Virus record (IMG/VR): IMGVR_UViG_3300023213_000358
Location: 1 to 38,038 of that record
Origin: a virus
Reading direction: 5' to 3' (one strand)
Length of the DNA: 38,038 bases
This document shows, in pieces, positions 1 through 6,957 of this stretch (positions within the stretch are counted from its first letter, which is position 1; every line of letters begins with the position of its first letter). The notes beneath the pieces are model-generated. The model worked only from the letters and a program-made list of their open reading frames with translations. It was not told the origin of the DNA and searched no databases. Made by a program: the position numbers and the translations under genes.

Positions 1-127
1 GACCGCAGCGGGTGGAGACAATAATATTAAGGCTACTATTGGACTGCCAGGTGTATTCATAGTCGCTTCCTCTTGGTCTGGTAGCGGTGCATCAAGTGTG
101 TATGGTGCAGGCGGGAAGGGACAGAGC
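1..127. repeat. Terminal overlap, identical to 37912..38038 (circular closure signature)
   Basis: Read by eye: gaccgcagcgggtggagacaataatatt...ggcgggaagggacagagc occurs at both ends with no mismatch seen. The offset of 37911 is a multiple of 3. Confidence 0.95.
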
Positions 128-253
128 ACAAACTCCACGGGTCTCGCTGGATCAGGGTTCGGTGCTGGCGGGGGGGGAGGCTGTTCCAGAACAGCCGCTA
201 CGGCAGGGGGGGCGGGGTCAGCCGGCGTGATTTATGTCTGGGAATACTCGTGA
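1..253 (+). CDS. 3' part of the junction-spanning glycine-rich tail-fibre-like protein (continues from 37478..38038; 1-127 duplicates 37912-38038)
   Basis: The frame is open from base 2 to TGA at 251-253, in phase with the open frame at the window end. It translates as ...GAGGKGQSTNSTGLAGSGFGAGGGGGCSRTAATAGGAGSAGVIYVWEYS*. There is a GTGA overlap with the next gene. Confidence 0.75.
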   Translation, partial: TAAGGDNNIKATIGLPGVFIVASSWSGSGASSVYGAGGKGQSTNSTGLAGSGFGAGGGGGCSRTAATAGGAGSAGVIYVWEYS

Positions 254-1536
254 TCTCGAACCCACTGATTCTGTACAACTCCAGCATTTCGCAAAGCCTC
301 ACTGACGCTCAGACCTACATTACAACGCGTGGCCTTCCGACCAACCTTGCGGGTTTTAATTTCGGTAGTGTCGGTACTTTCGTGCCCAACGACACCAATT
401 GGCAGGACGGCACGGTTACACTCACCGCTAATTCCTATAAAAACAACGGCGTGACGATCACTAGCTACGATGGACAACCACTGGGCTTTAACTTCAGTTC
501 ACCGGTGGGGTTTTCCTCCTGTGCACTCGTCAACATTCTGACTACAGCATTTTATGATGCGATCCTGCTTTCGACCTTCACACCACTGGCTTACTTCAGC
601 ACATTTTTAGATGGCGGGACTAACATTCCATTCTCCGCACTGCTGGCATATATTCCAGGCAACTTTGCCTCCACTGCATCCCTTCGCGCCTACAGTCGAT
701 ACATCAGCCTGCGAAGTCCGACTGCTGTCTTTCCTCGCGTCATGCCACACGGCCGAATCGGCTGTCCTGCCAGTTACACCCCGAATAGCACCTTCCCGAC
801 ATTTGATTTTACCGTTGAAATGGTTCCTCGAGTGGGTGGGACGATTGTGTCGCAGGCGGTTAACAATGCGGTGGTAGCAGAGAAAACCTACAATTTCGGC
901 AAGCCCCATGTCACCTCCAGTCTGGGTGGAGCGTTCGTGTCTGGTGGCTTCGGCTTCACCGCAGCATATTGGACATCGCTTATGGCAAAGATGCGAGCGG
1001 CTGTGTGCAACTGGACGATTGACATTGGCAACGGATACGCAGCGCAAAATTACTTCGGGGGCACCACGAACGCGGCAGACCTCTGGAATGGTACATTGGC
1101 TCCGGCAATTTCGATGTGGGCACTGTGCGGTGCGTTCAACATGAACGGATCTGCAGGCAGCAATACGGGCGATCAGAATGTTCCTGGGTCTCACGTATAT
1201 TCAGCAAACTACACAGTTGTGGCCGGAGGGTGGAGCGCACACTGGTATAGTTATCAGTGGTTCTGGACATTTGACTTTCTCTATAACGGTGGGTCTGCAG
1301 GATTCATCACCGTGACGGAGCCCGCCTCTACGGGCAACATGGACCCCTTGACAGTGTTGACGTTTCTGTTGGGTGGGTACAGTCTGTGTGAGGTTTTAAT
1401 GCTGTGTTCGATTAGCGACGGCCTCAGTGACACTCGGAGCAACGAACGCCTAACAGTCGTCGGAGATCCGCTCTATCGGCCTTATGCCACGACGGTTCAG
1501 ACCGCTGTTGGATTTCAGCTGCCGGGGTTCTCATAA
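250..1536 (+). CDS. 428-aa virion/receptor-binding candidate (function unknown)
   Basis: ORF from the track. The GTG start overlaps the upstream stop (GTGA). The protein is rich in Asn/Ser/Thr/Gly/aromatic residues like fibre and spike proteins. GC is lower than the rest of the genome. The C-terminus carries ...ERLTVVGDPLYRPY. Confidence 0.75.
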   Translation: MISNPLILYNSSISQSLTDAQTYITTRGLPTNLAGFNFGSVGTFVPNDTNWQDGTVTLTANSYKNNGVTITSYDGQPLGFNFSSPVGFSSCALVNILTTAFYDAILLSTFTPLAYFSTFLDGGTNIPFSALLAYIPGNFASTASLRAYSRYISLRSPTAVFPRVMPHGRIGCPASYTPNSTFPTFDFTVEMVPRVGGTIVSQAVNNAVVAEKTYNFGKPHVTSSLGGAFVSGGFGFTAAYWTSLMAKMRAAVCNWTIDIGNGYAAQNYFGGTTNAADLWNGTLAPAISMWALCGAFNMNGSAGSNTGDQNVPGSHVYSANYTVVAGGWSAHWYSYQWFWTFDFLYNGGSAGFITVTEPASTGNMDPLTVLTFLLGGYSLCEVLMLCSISDGLSDTRSNERLTVVGDPLYRPYATTVQTAVGFQLPGFS

Positions 1537-1543
1537 ATAGCAC

Positions 1544-2047
1544 TTGTGGCAGCACTGGCACATGCAATGGATTCTGCTCCGTGTGCGCAACTCCACCTTC
1601 TGGAAAGCCATCGCCGCGTTTGCGTTAAGCCAGTGGTACTACCACACCAAAGCCCGGAACGAGGCCGACCCGACCGAAGCGTTGAAGTACCGCTCGATCG
1701 CCGAGGACGATGCCGCCGCCGAGAAGGAGTTCATGAACGCCGCCCGAGGGTCCTTTGTGACGGCTGACCAGGTGAACCACAACCAGGGCACGACGCAGTC
1801 GCAGAAGGTCACCCTGTCGGCGAGCGGGCGGGATCTGCTGTGGGGCACGGTGCTCGCGCTCTCGCTCGCCATGAACGTCGCGGGGTACTATAAAATGCGC
1901 GACGTGGATACCCGCAAGTGGCTCCACGACTATGACCTGAACCAATTCCAAATGGGTGACTTCGCGCGCTTGCAACGCGAGGTTGATGCGGATCACACTC
2001 TGCTGAGCCTGTTAGGGCCGAAGTGTCTCAACAAACCGGAGAAATAG
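1544..2047 (+). CDS. Hypothetical membrane protein upstream of the lysis genes (alternative ATG start at 1562)
   Basis: ORF from the track. Hydrophobic segments FWKAIAAFALSQWYY and LLWGTVLALSLAMNVAGYY. GC3-rich codons. Sits directly 5' of the endolysin cassette. Confidence 0.55.
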   Translation: MWQHWHMQWILLRVRNSTFWKAIAAFALSQWYYHTKARNEADPTEALKYRSIAEDDAAAEKEFMNAARGSFVTADQVNHNQGTTQSQKVTLSASGRDLLWGTVLALSLAMNVAGYYKMRDVDTRKWLHDYDLNQFQMGDFARLQREVDADHTLLSLLGPKCLNKPEK

Positions 2048-2049
2048 TC

Positions 2050-2244
2050 ATGGGCGGCGGCATCATTATTCAGCGCAGCAGTGTGTTGTTGACGGCGATC
2101 ATGGAGAAGTGCTTCTACGAGTCGCTCTCGACGAACGACCAGGAGGCCGTCGAGCAAATCTCCACCAAGCCCCCAGCAGAGCGCACCGCGGAGGATGTGC
2201 AGTTCCTCGCGGCAAAGCTCTGCGAGCTCGCCAGCGAGGACTGA
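2050..2244 (+). CDS. Hypothetical 64-aa protein
   Basis: ATG at 2050 preceded by GGAG (ccGGAGaaatagtcATG). In frame with track ORF 2023..2244. Confidence 0.55.
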   Translation: MGGGIIIQRSSVLLTAIMEKCFYESLSTNDQEAVEQISTKPPAERTAEDVQFLAAKLCELASED

Positions 2245-2246
2245 GA

Positions 2247-2735
2247 ATGTCCTTCGCGAAGGCCGTGGCGTTCGTGCTCGTGGAAGAGACGGACGAGCTC
2301 ACCGACAACCCCGCTGACCCTGGTGGACTCACCAAGTACGGCATCGCGCTCAAGCGTCACCCCGAACTGACGGCCGAGGACATTCGCGCCATGACCCCCG
2401 AGCGGGCCGCGCAGATTTACGCCGGAGCGCAGTACTGGGAGGCCGTGCGCGGGGACGAGTTGCCCGATTATCTGCACGTCGTGATGCTCGACACGGCGGT
2501 CGTGCAGGGTGCCGCCATCGCCATTCGCTCGCTCCAGACCGCGCTGTACCTCAAGGAGGACGGAGTGCTCGGCCCGCGAACTTTGGCAGTCGCCAAGGGG
2601 AGTGTGCCTAAACTGATCCTGAGTCGTTTTACGGCCGCGCGTATCCTGCACTACAGTCGGGACAAGACTTGGAACATCGACGCCCTGGGCTGGTCTACGC
2701 GCGCCGTAGCGGCTGTCGTGGAGAGTCTCACGTGA
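2247..2735 (+). CDS. Endolysin, GH108-like N-terminal domain plus PG_binding_3-like C-terminal domain
   Basis: Internal ATG at 2247 of track ORF 2109..2735. Motif EETDELTDNPADPGGLTKYGI matches the GH108 signature (E..(x)..DPGG.T.YGI). The later EDGVLGPRTLAV...FTAARILHY resembles the peptidoglycan-binding domain that accompanies it. Confidence 0.8.
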   Translation: MSFAKAVAFVLVEETDELTDNPADPGGLTKYGIALKRHPELTAEDIRAMTPERAAQIYAGAQYWEAVRGDELPDYLHVVMLDTAVVQGAAIAIRSLQTALYLKEDGVLGPRTLAVAKGSVPKLILSRFTAARILHYSRDKTWNIDALGWSTRAVAAVVESLT

Positions 2736-3253
2736 ATCTCTCGGACAACTTCAAACAGATTATCTCCACCGTCGCCCCACTGCTAGGGACCGCGCTTGGC
2801 GGACCGTTAGGCGGGGTCGCCGGGACCTTTCTCGCAAACGCCTTGGGGCTGCCGGCGAGTGATCCGAAAGCGATCGAGGCGAAACTGGCGAACGCCGACC
2901 CCCAGACGCTCCTTGCGCTGAAGAAGGCGGATCAGGACTTCCAAGCGCACATGGCAGAACTCGGCGTCGATGCCGACAAACTGGTCTACGACGACAAGGC
3001 GAGCGCTCGAGCCCGAGAACTCGGCGTCAAAGACCACACCCCCTCAGTACTGGCCTACGCCGTGACCTTCGGGTTCTTCGGCGTCCTGGGGTTCATGCTC
3101 GGCATCGGTAAGCCCAAGGAGGGCGGCGATGCCCTGCTCGTCATGCTCGGGTCACTCGGCACGGCATGGGCGGCGATCATCGCGTACTACTTTGGCTCAA
3201 GTCTGGGCAGTGCGAGCAAGGACGCTACGATTCGAACGATGGCCGGGAAGTAA
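2732..3253 (+). CDS. Holin-like membrane protein (flavour of the 3-TM GTA-type holins)
   Basis: GTG at 2732 overlaps the endolysin stop (GTGA). N-terminal Gly/Ala-rich segment, then a charged helix (KADQDFQAHMAELGVDADKLVYDDKASARARE), then TM segments VLAYAVTFGFFGVLGFMLGIG and ALLVMLGSLGTAWAAIIAYYFG. Confidence 0.6.
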   Translation: MNLSDNFKQIISTVAPLLGTALGGPLGGVAGTFLANALGLPASDPKAIEAKLANADPQTLLALKKADQDFQAHMAELGVDADKLVYDDKASARARELGVKDHTPSVLAYAVTFGFFGVLGFMLGIGKPKEGGDALLVMLGSLGTAWAAIIAYYFGSSLGSASKDATIRTMAGK

Positions 3254-3255
3254 AG

Positions 3256-3540
3256 TCAGGGTTCGTTCACGGCCCGATTTGCGGCGAGAAAGCTCGTAAT
3301 CCAGCGCTCGGCGGCCGAGGCGGCATCTAAGTACTCTTGTCTGACCTGCCCGAGGTCCGTCTCCTGCCCGAGCGTGTACGCTTCCCAGATCCGCGTGCGC
3401 AGGAGCTTGGGCAGGAGAGCCCAGTGATCCTGACAGCCCCAGCGCGCGAGCGGCACTTGGACTTTGCAGCCGGGCCACGCGCAGTCCTTGGCCCCGTCCG
3501 CGAGCGTTGCGTTCTTCACGTGCGCAAATTTGTTGGGCAT
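3256..3540 (-). CDS. Hypothetical Cys/His-containing protein (C.WPGC...C..HW motif)
   Basis: ORF from the track. Last gene of the leftward operon. GC3-rich. Confidence 0.65.
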   Translation of the reverse strand: MPNKFAHVKNATLADGAKDCAWPGCKVQVPLARWGCQDHWALLPKLLRTRIWEAYTLGQETDLGQVRQEYLDAASAAERWITSFLAANRAVNEP

Positions 3541-3541
3541 G

Positions 3542-3667
3542 TCAGCACCACCAGTGCAGCAGTAGACGAATAAGGGCCCAGCCGACGATGACCCACACGC
3601 TCGTGCCGATCAGGGTGGCGACCCAGAGCGCAACGTCCGGGGTCCAGCGGTTACGGCGCACTCGCAT
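3542..3667 (-). CDS. 41-aa single-pass membrane peptide (below the ORF-track size cut-off)
   Basis: My own translation: MRVRRNRWTPDVALWVATLIGTSVWVIVGWALIRLLLHWWC*. The ATG overlaps the end of the upstream gene. Its TGA lies 1 nt before the downstream ATG. It exactly fills an otherwise empty gap. Confidence 0.5.
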   Translation of the reverse strand: MRVRRNRWTPDVALWVATLIGTSVWVIVGWALIRLLLHWWC

Positions 3668-3857
3668 GAGGCGGGCTCTCTATGTACTCTGCGGGCACAT
3701 CGCGCCACTCGCCGTGCCCTAAGTCATCGGCGAACCACTGCTGGAGTTTATAGTCGCGCCGGAACTGCCCTTCCACCCGGTGGACCATAAGCCCGTTGGA
3801 ATAGCTAGGGTCCGTCCACTCCAAGCGAAACCACCGTAGTCGCATCGTGGGAGCCAT
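3651..3857 (-). CDS. Hypothetical protein
   Basis: ORF from the track, tightly packed in the leftward operon. Confidence 0.55.
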   Translation of the reverse strand: MAPTMRLRWFRLEWTDPSYSNGLMVHRVEGQFRRDYKLQQWFADDLGHGEWRDVPAEYIESPPHASAP

Positions 3858-4060
3858 CAGGCTTGCACCTGGTGTGCGAGCAAAAAGTCATCAATGACCT
3901 CTGCCGCCTGAATCAACAGCGAGTGCTGGCGATGCTCCAGCCCGCTCTGCGCGAGCAACTCTTTGCACGAGCGGGCATCCCCCGGGTCCTTCACCCCCGC
4001 CCTTTGCTGGCAGGTCATCTTGAACACAATCGCCGCAGCAATCGCTTGTTCGATCGACAT
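3857..4060 (-). CDS. Hypothetical protein
   Basis: ORF from the track, tightly packed in the leftward operon. Confidence 0.55.
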   Translation of the reverse strand: MSIEQAIAAAIVFKMTCQQRAGVKDPGDARSCKELLAQSGLEHRQHSLLIQAAEVIDDFLLAHQVQA

Positions 4061-4063
4061 GAC

Positions 4064-4795
4064 TTACTTACTCCCGGCCGCCAGGCCCTTTTCAACCACC
4101 GCGCGCACGCCCGGGTAATTCAACTCTTTCTTCAGCGCCCGGGCCATCTTGTTGAGAAACACGCTGTCAGGAATCAGCGCTGCTTCGGGCACTTGACCCT
4201 CCGCCACCGCAGCAATGAGTACTTTCTTGTCCAGCACGAGGGCCGACCAGGTCTCCCGCGAGACGATCCCTGCCACTTGGGGGGCGTCGCGCTGCGCGAT
4301 CGCCGGGACAATGGTTGCCGCCGCAACCGCTGCCGCGTTCGCCTTCGCTTCCAGCGCTTCGGCTTTGCGGACATTGCCCGCCTCGCGCTCCAGGCGCGCC
4401 TTCTCGTCATTCGCACGCGCTTCGGCCTCGCGTTTCAGGCGCTCCTTGGCGGCCAGTGCATCTAACTTGCGCTGCTCTTCCTGACGCAGCCGGTCCTGCT
4501 CTTGGTCATACGCCAACATCCCGCGCTTGAAGAGACTCTCCGCCTCGGCGAGCTCAAGCTCGGGGCCGGCGAAAAAGTCGTTGAGGGCTTTCACCACGGC
4601 CTTCGCAGGACCCAAGAGCAGGACCTTCTTGCTCGCGAGCTTTTTCTGGGCGCCCTTGATGCGCTGCAGATAGTCCGCCGCCTGCGTATACAGCTGCGGG
4701 GTCGTGACGATGCAGTCACGCGCGGCGGCAAGGATCGGGGAGAGGGTGCGCTGGATCTCTTCGCGATCCGCGGCGGTAATCACAGAGTCGGTCAT
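4064..4795 (-). CDS. Coiled-coil protein, function unknown
   Basis: ORF from the track. Long charged heptad-like central region (DQEQDRLRQEEQRKLDALAAKERLKREAEARANDEKARLEREAGNVRKAEALEAK). Confidence 0.8.
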   Translation of the reverse strand: MTDSVITAADREEIQRTLSPILAAARDCIVTTPQLYTQAADYLQRIKGAQKKLASKKVLLLGPAKAVVKALNDFFAGPELELAEAESLFKRGMLAYDQEQDRLRQEEQRKLDALAAKERLKREAEARANDEKARLEREAGNVRKAEALEAKANAAAVAAATIVPAIAQRDAPQVAGIVSRETWSALVLDKKVLIAAVAEGQVPEAALIPDSVFLNKMARALKKELNYPGVRAVVEKGLAAGSK

Positions 4796-4837
4796 GGGTT
4801 TTTCTCCAAGAGTGGCGTCAGATGCAATACTCTGGCA

Positions 4838-5089
4838 CTAGGAGCGGACCACGCGCAGCTTCGGCTTGCCCGCGATCTTCGGTTTTGCGCGGCGCTTGCG
4901 GGTGTTTTTTGCGATGCGGTCCAGCTTCGCCGGCACATCAACAAAGTTCTGGCAATGGAGCAAGCCGTTCAGTATCTGCAGTTCGGCTCGAATGTCCATC
5001 AGGACCTCCACAGCGACGTGCTCCCAGCGCCACTGGGCATCTGGCGGCGTCTGCCACTGGATGTTGACTCGGTTGGCTCGTCTAGCCAC
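4838..5089 (-). CDS. Hypothetical basic protein (start uncertain; the track gives 5137)
   Basis: GTG at 5089 slightly overlaps the stop of the upstream gene. Lys/Arg-rich C-terminus. Confidence 0.45.
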   Translation of the reverse strand: MARRANRVNIQWQTPPDAQWRWEHVAVEVLMDIRAELQILNGLLHCQNFVDVPAKLDRIAKNTRKRRAKPKIAGKPKLRVVRS

Positions 5090-5297
5090 GAGGCTCTCCG
5101 GAGGTAACCGGAAAGGCGCGATCCAGAGCCGCCTCAAGCGAGTCCTCCAGATCCATCGGACCGTCCTCCTCGTAGAGATCCCACTCGGTCATTTCAGGGA
5201 TGGCCTCGGGGTCCCCGTCCCGCTCATCCTGACAGTGGCACCACGACTGCATGCCGCACTGGGCATGATCGCCGCGAGTACAGGCTTCGCACATCAT
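5082..5297 (-). CDS. Small protein with a Cys/His-rich N-terminus and a strongly acidic C-terminus
   Basis: MMCEACTRGDHAQCGMQSWCHC followed by QDERDGDPEAIPEMTEWDLYEEDGPMDLEDSLE. ATGA overlap with the radical-SAM gene stop. Confidence 0.65.
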   Translation of the reverse strand: MMCEACTRGDHAQCGMQSWCHCQDERDGDPEAIPEMTEWDLYEEDGPMDLEDSLEAALDRAFPVTSGEPRG

Positions 5298-6175
5298 CCG
5301 AATAACCCCGTCTGTGCGTCGTACCGCTCGCGCCGTGACGATTTGATGCAGCCGGCGTACGCGCTGAAGGGCATGTAACGCCAGAGGCGTCGGTTCGCCC
5401 AGCGCGCAACATCTTTGAGCTTGCGCTCAGTCCAATCGAACTTGACCAGCGGCTCCTTCTCCAGCGCGTTAAGTTTGATCTTGTACTGCACGTGAGGCTC
5501 ACCACCCCAGGCGATCGCCTCTCGGATGCGCACCATACACTGATCGAAAGATTCGTTGCCGATCAGTACGTAGGGGCGCACCCGCTTCGGCTTCATCCCG
5601 CGAGAGGTGAGAATGAGCATCATCGCGCGCACTTGCCGCCACTCGTGCGACTCGTCGTAGCCGAAACGCCAGGGCCCGCGATTGATCTTCGACCAGCGCT
5701 CGAAGGTCGCGTCGTCAAAGTTCGAGGGCTCAAACCCCGAATTGGCGTCCCAGAGGGGAACGCCGGAGGCGACGTAGCGCTCAATGATGTGCTCCTGGTA
5801 GCGCACGTCGAGCCCGGCCAGATTGTTGTCGCACAGGATCGGGCGCACCGGGAAGTTCGGGAAGTGCTTAAAATCCCCGTCGATCATCCACGCGTTGCAG
5901 AAGTCGCAACGCATGTTGCACCCGCGGCTTGCATAGGTGGCGTCCGCGTTGTGGAACCGAATGGCATCCGGGATCGGTGCACCAAGCTCCGCGACCCCCT
6001 CTAGGTAGTGCCTGCGCATGAACGTGGCAGGTCCCCCGGCGAGCACTCGATAGCCCCAAGCCTTGTACTGCTCGGCGCGATCGCGGGCGTCCGGGAGCCG
6101 CCAGGTGAAGGCTACGGACAGGTAAGCATTCTCGCCGTCTGTCCACTCGGCCAGTCCGTTCACCCAACCGCTCAT
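5294..6175 (-). CDS. Radical SAM superfamily enzyme (unassigned subfamily)
   Basis: Canonical CX3CX2C cluster motif in YASRGCNMRCDFCNAW (the SRGC...C.FC context is typical of radical SAM cores), followed by ILCDNNL. About 80 aa of N-terminal extension. No second Cys cluster (no SPASM). Confidence 0.7.
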   Translation of the reverse strand: MSGWVNGLAEWTDGENAYLSVAFTWRLPDARDRAEQYKAWGYRVLAGGPATFMRRHYLEGVAELGAPIPDAIRFHNADATYASRGCNMRCDFCNAWMIDGDFKHFPNFPVRPILCDNNLAGLDVRYQEHIIERYVASGVPLWDANSGFEPSNFDDATFERWSKINRGPWRFGYDESHEWRQVRAMMLILTSRGMKPKRVRPYVLIGNESFDQCMVRIREAIAWGGEPHVQYKIKLNALEKEPLVKFDWTERKLKDVARWANRRLWRYMPFSAYAGCIKSSRRERYDAQTGLFG

Positions 6176-6390
6176 GCAGCGTCACCTGTTATGGAAAGAG
6201 GTGATCTGGACGCGTTCCACGCCTCAACCGCCTCGTCCCAGTCATCCCGGTGAGGCCCTTGGCCCCCGCACTGGCAGGTGACGCGGTAGCGCAGTCCGCG
6301 CTGCGAATACTCCGCCACGCGCTGCCGAAGGGATCGGCCGCAGAATGGGCAGGGCGCGATCAGGCCCGTGCGATCAACCGCCAGCGCCAT
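6172..6390 (-). CDS. Lar-family restriction-alleviation-like zinc-ribbon protein
   Basis: PCPFCG...(x)...VTCQCGGQGP...EAVEAWNASR matches the Lar family pattern (CPFCG ... C..C.a.gp ... A...WN.R). Good SD (GAAGGAAGTCATG). Confidence 0.65.
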   Translation of the reverse strand: MALAVDRTGLIAPCPFCGRSLRQRVAEYSQRGLRYRVTCQCGGQGPHRDDWDEAVEAWNASRSPLSITGDAA

Positions 6391-6644
6391 GACTTCCTTC
6401 CTCGCTCACAGCGGTTACAGGCCGTTCGTTTTCGTAGGGGCGTGAACCCCTCGCCCGTCTTGGCGTAGTCGTCCGCCGCCGCCTTGTCACACTCCAGGTG
6501 GCATTTGTTCATCACGAAGCAATCCTCGAAGATGCCAGCGCTGTACTGGTACTTCTGTCCGGCGAGGATTGGCTGACCGCACCATGAGCAGCGATGTGCT
6601 GTGCGCGCGGTGCGCGTCTCATCGGTTAGGCACGTCCAGCTCAT
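6360..6644 (-). CDS. Cys-rich small protein (zinc-finger-like)
   Basis: Internal ATG of track ORF 6360..6995, 7 nt after the upstream stop. HRCSWCGQPI...CHLEC. Confidence 0.5.
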   Translation of the reverse strand: MSWTCLTDETRTARTAHRCSWCGQPILAGQKYQYSAGIFEDCFVMNKCHLECDKAAADDYAKTGEGFTPLRKRTACNRCERGRKSWRWRLIARA

Positions 6645-6651
6645 GCAACAC

Positions 6652-6906
6652 TCACCCGTTCTCAGGATGGCATATTGGGCAGCTCGGATCATGGTGCTGG
6701 GCGCTGCAAAGCCGTAGGCTACGGGACAGGTCGATTGCCTCAAGAATAGCGACTTCTCGCGGCTTGGCTGCAAACGCATCGTACGTGACACCGAAGCGCG
6801 CTTCGAGCGCCTCGCAAAGCATATCAAAGCGATACTCCAGAGTACTCTCCGTCTCCGTTTGCTTCGGCGTAAAGGGGATGCTGAAGGTTGAAGGGCCTGT
6901 GGCCAC
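6652..6906 (-). CDS. Hypothetical protein
   Basis: ORF from the track. The alternative long frame 6360..6995 has junk-like Arg/Ser composition over this stretch. Confidence 0.55.
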   Translation of the reverse strand: MATGPSTFSIPFTPKQTETESTLEYRFDMLCEALEARFGVTYDAFAAKPREVAILEAIDLSRSLRLCSAQHHDPSCPICHPENG

Positions 6907-6957
6907 ACTGTTTGTTCGACCGCGGTGCGGTCATGCCTGCTTCCTCCACTGCGGTGT

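Noticed and set aside
1-127. Terminal direct repeat as a biological DTR/LTR or a mobile-element boundary.
   Set aside because: The repeat lies inside a coding sequence that continues in frame across the junction. Its length of exactly 127 bp matches a common assembler k-mer. No inverted repeats, target-site duplications or recombinase genes are associated with it.
5294-6175. The radical-SAM protein as a viperin-like antiviral nucleotide synthase, or as a RiPP maturase acting on the downstream Cys-rich peptide.
   Set aside because: The motif context (SRGCNMRCDFC, DNN) is unlike the CNYxCxFC viperin context. There is no SPASM or twitch auxiliary cluster for a peptide-modifying enzyme. The DpdA neighbourhood makes a nucleic-acid role more parsimonious. 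Neither alternative is excluded without searches.
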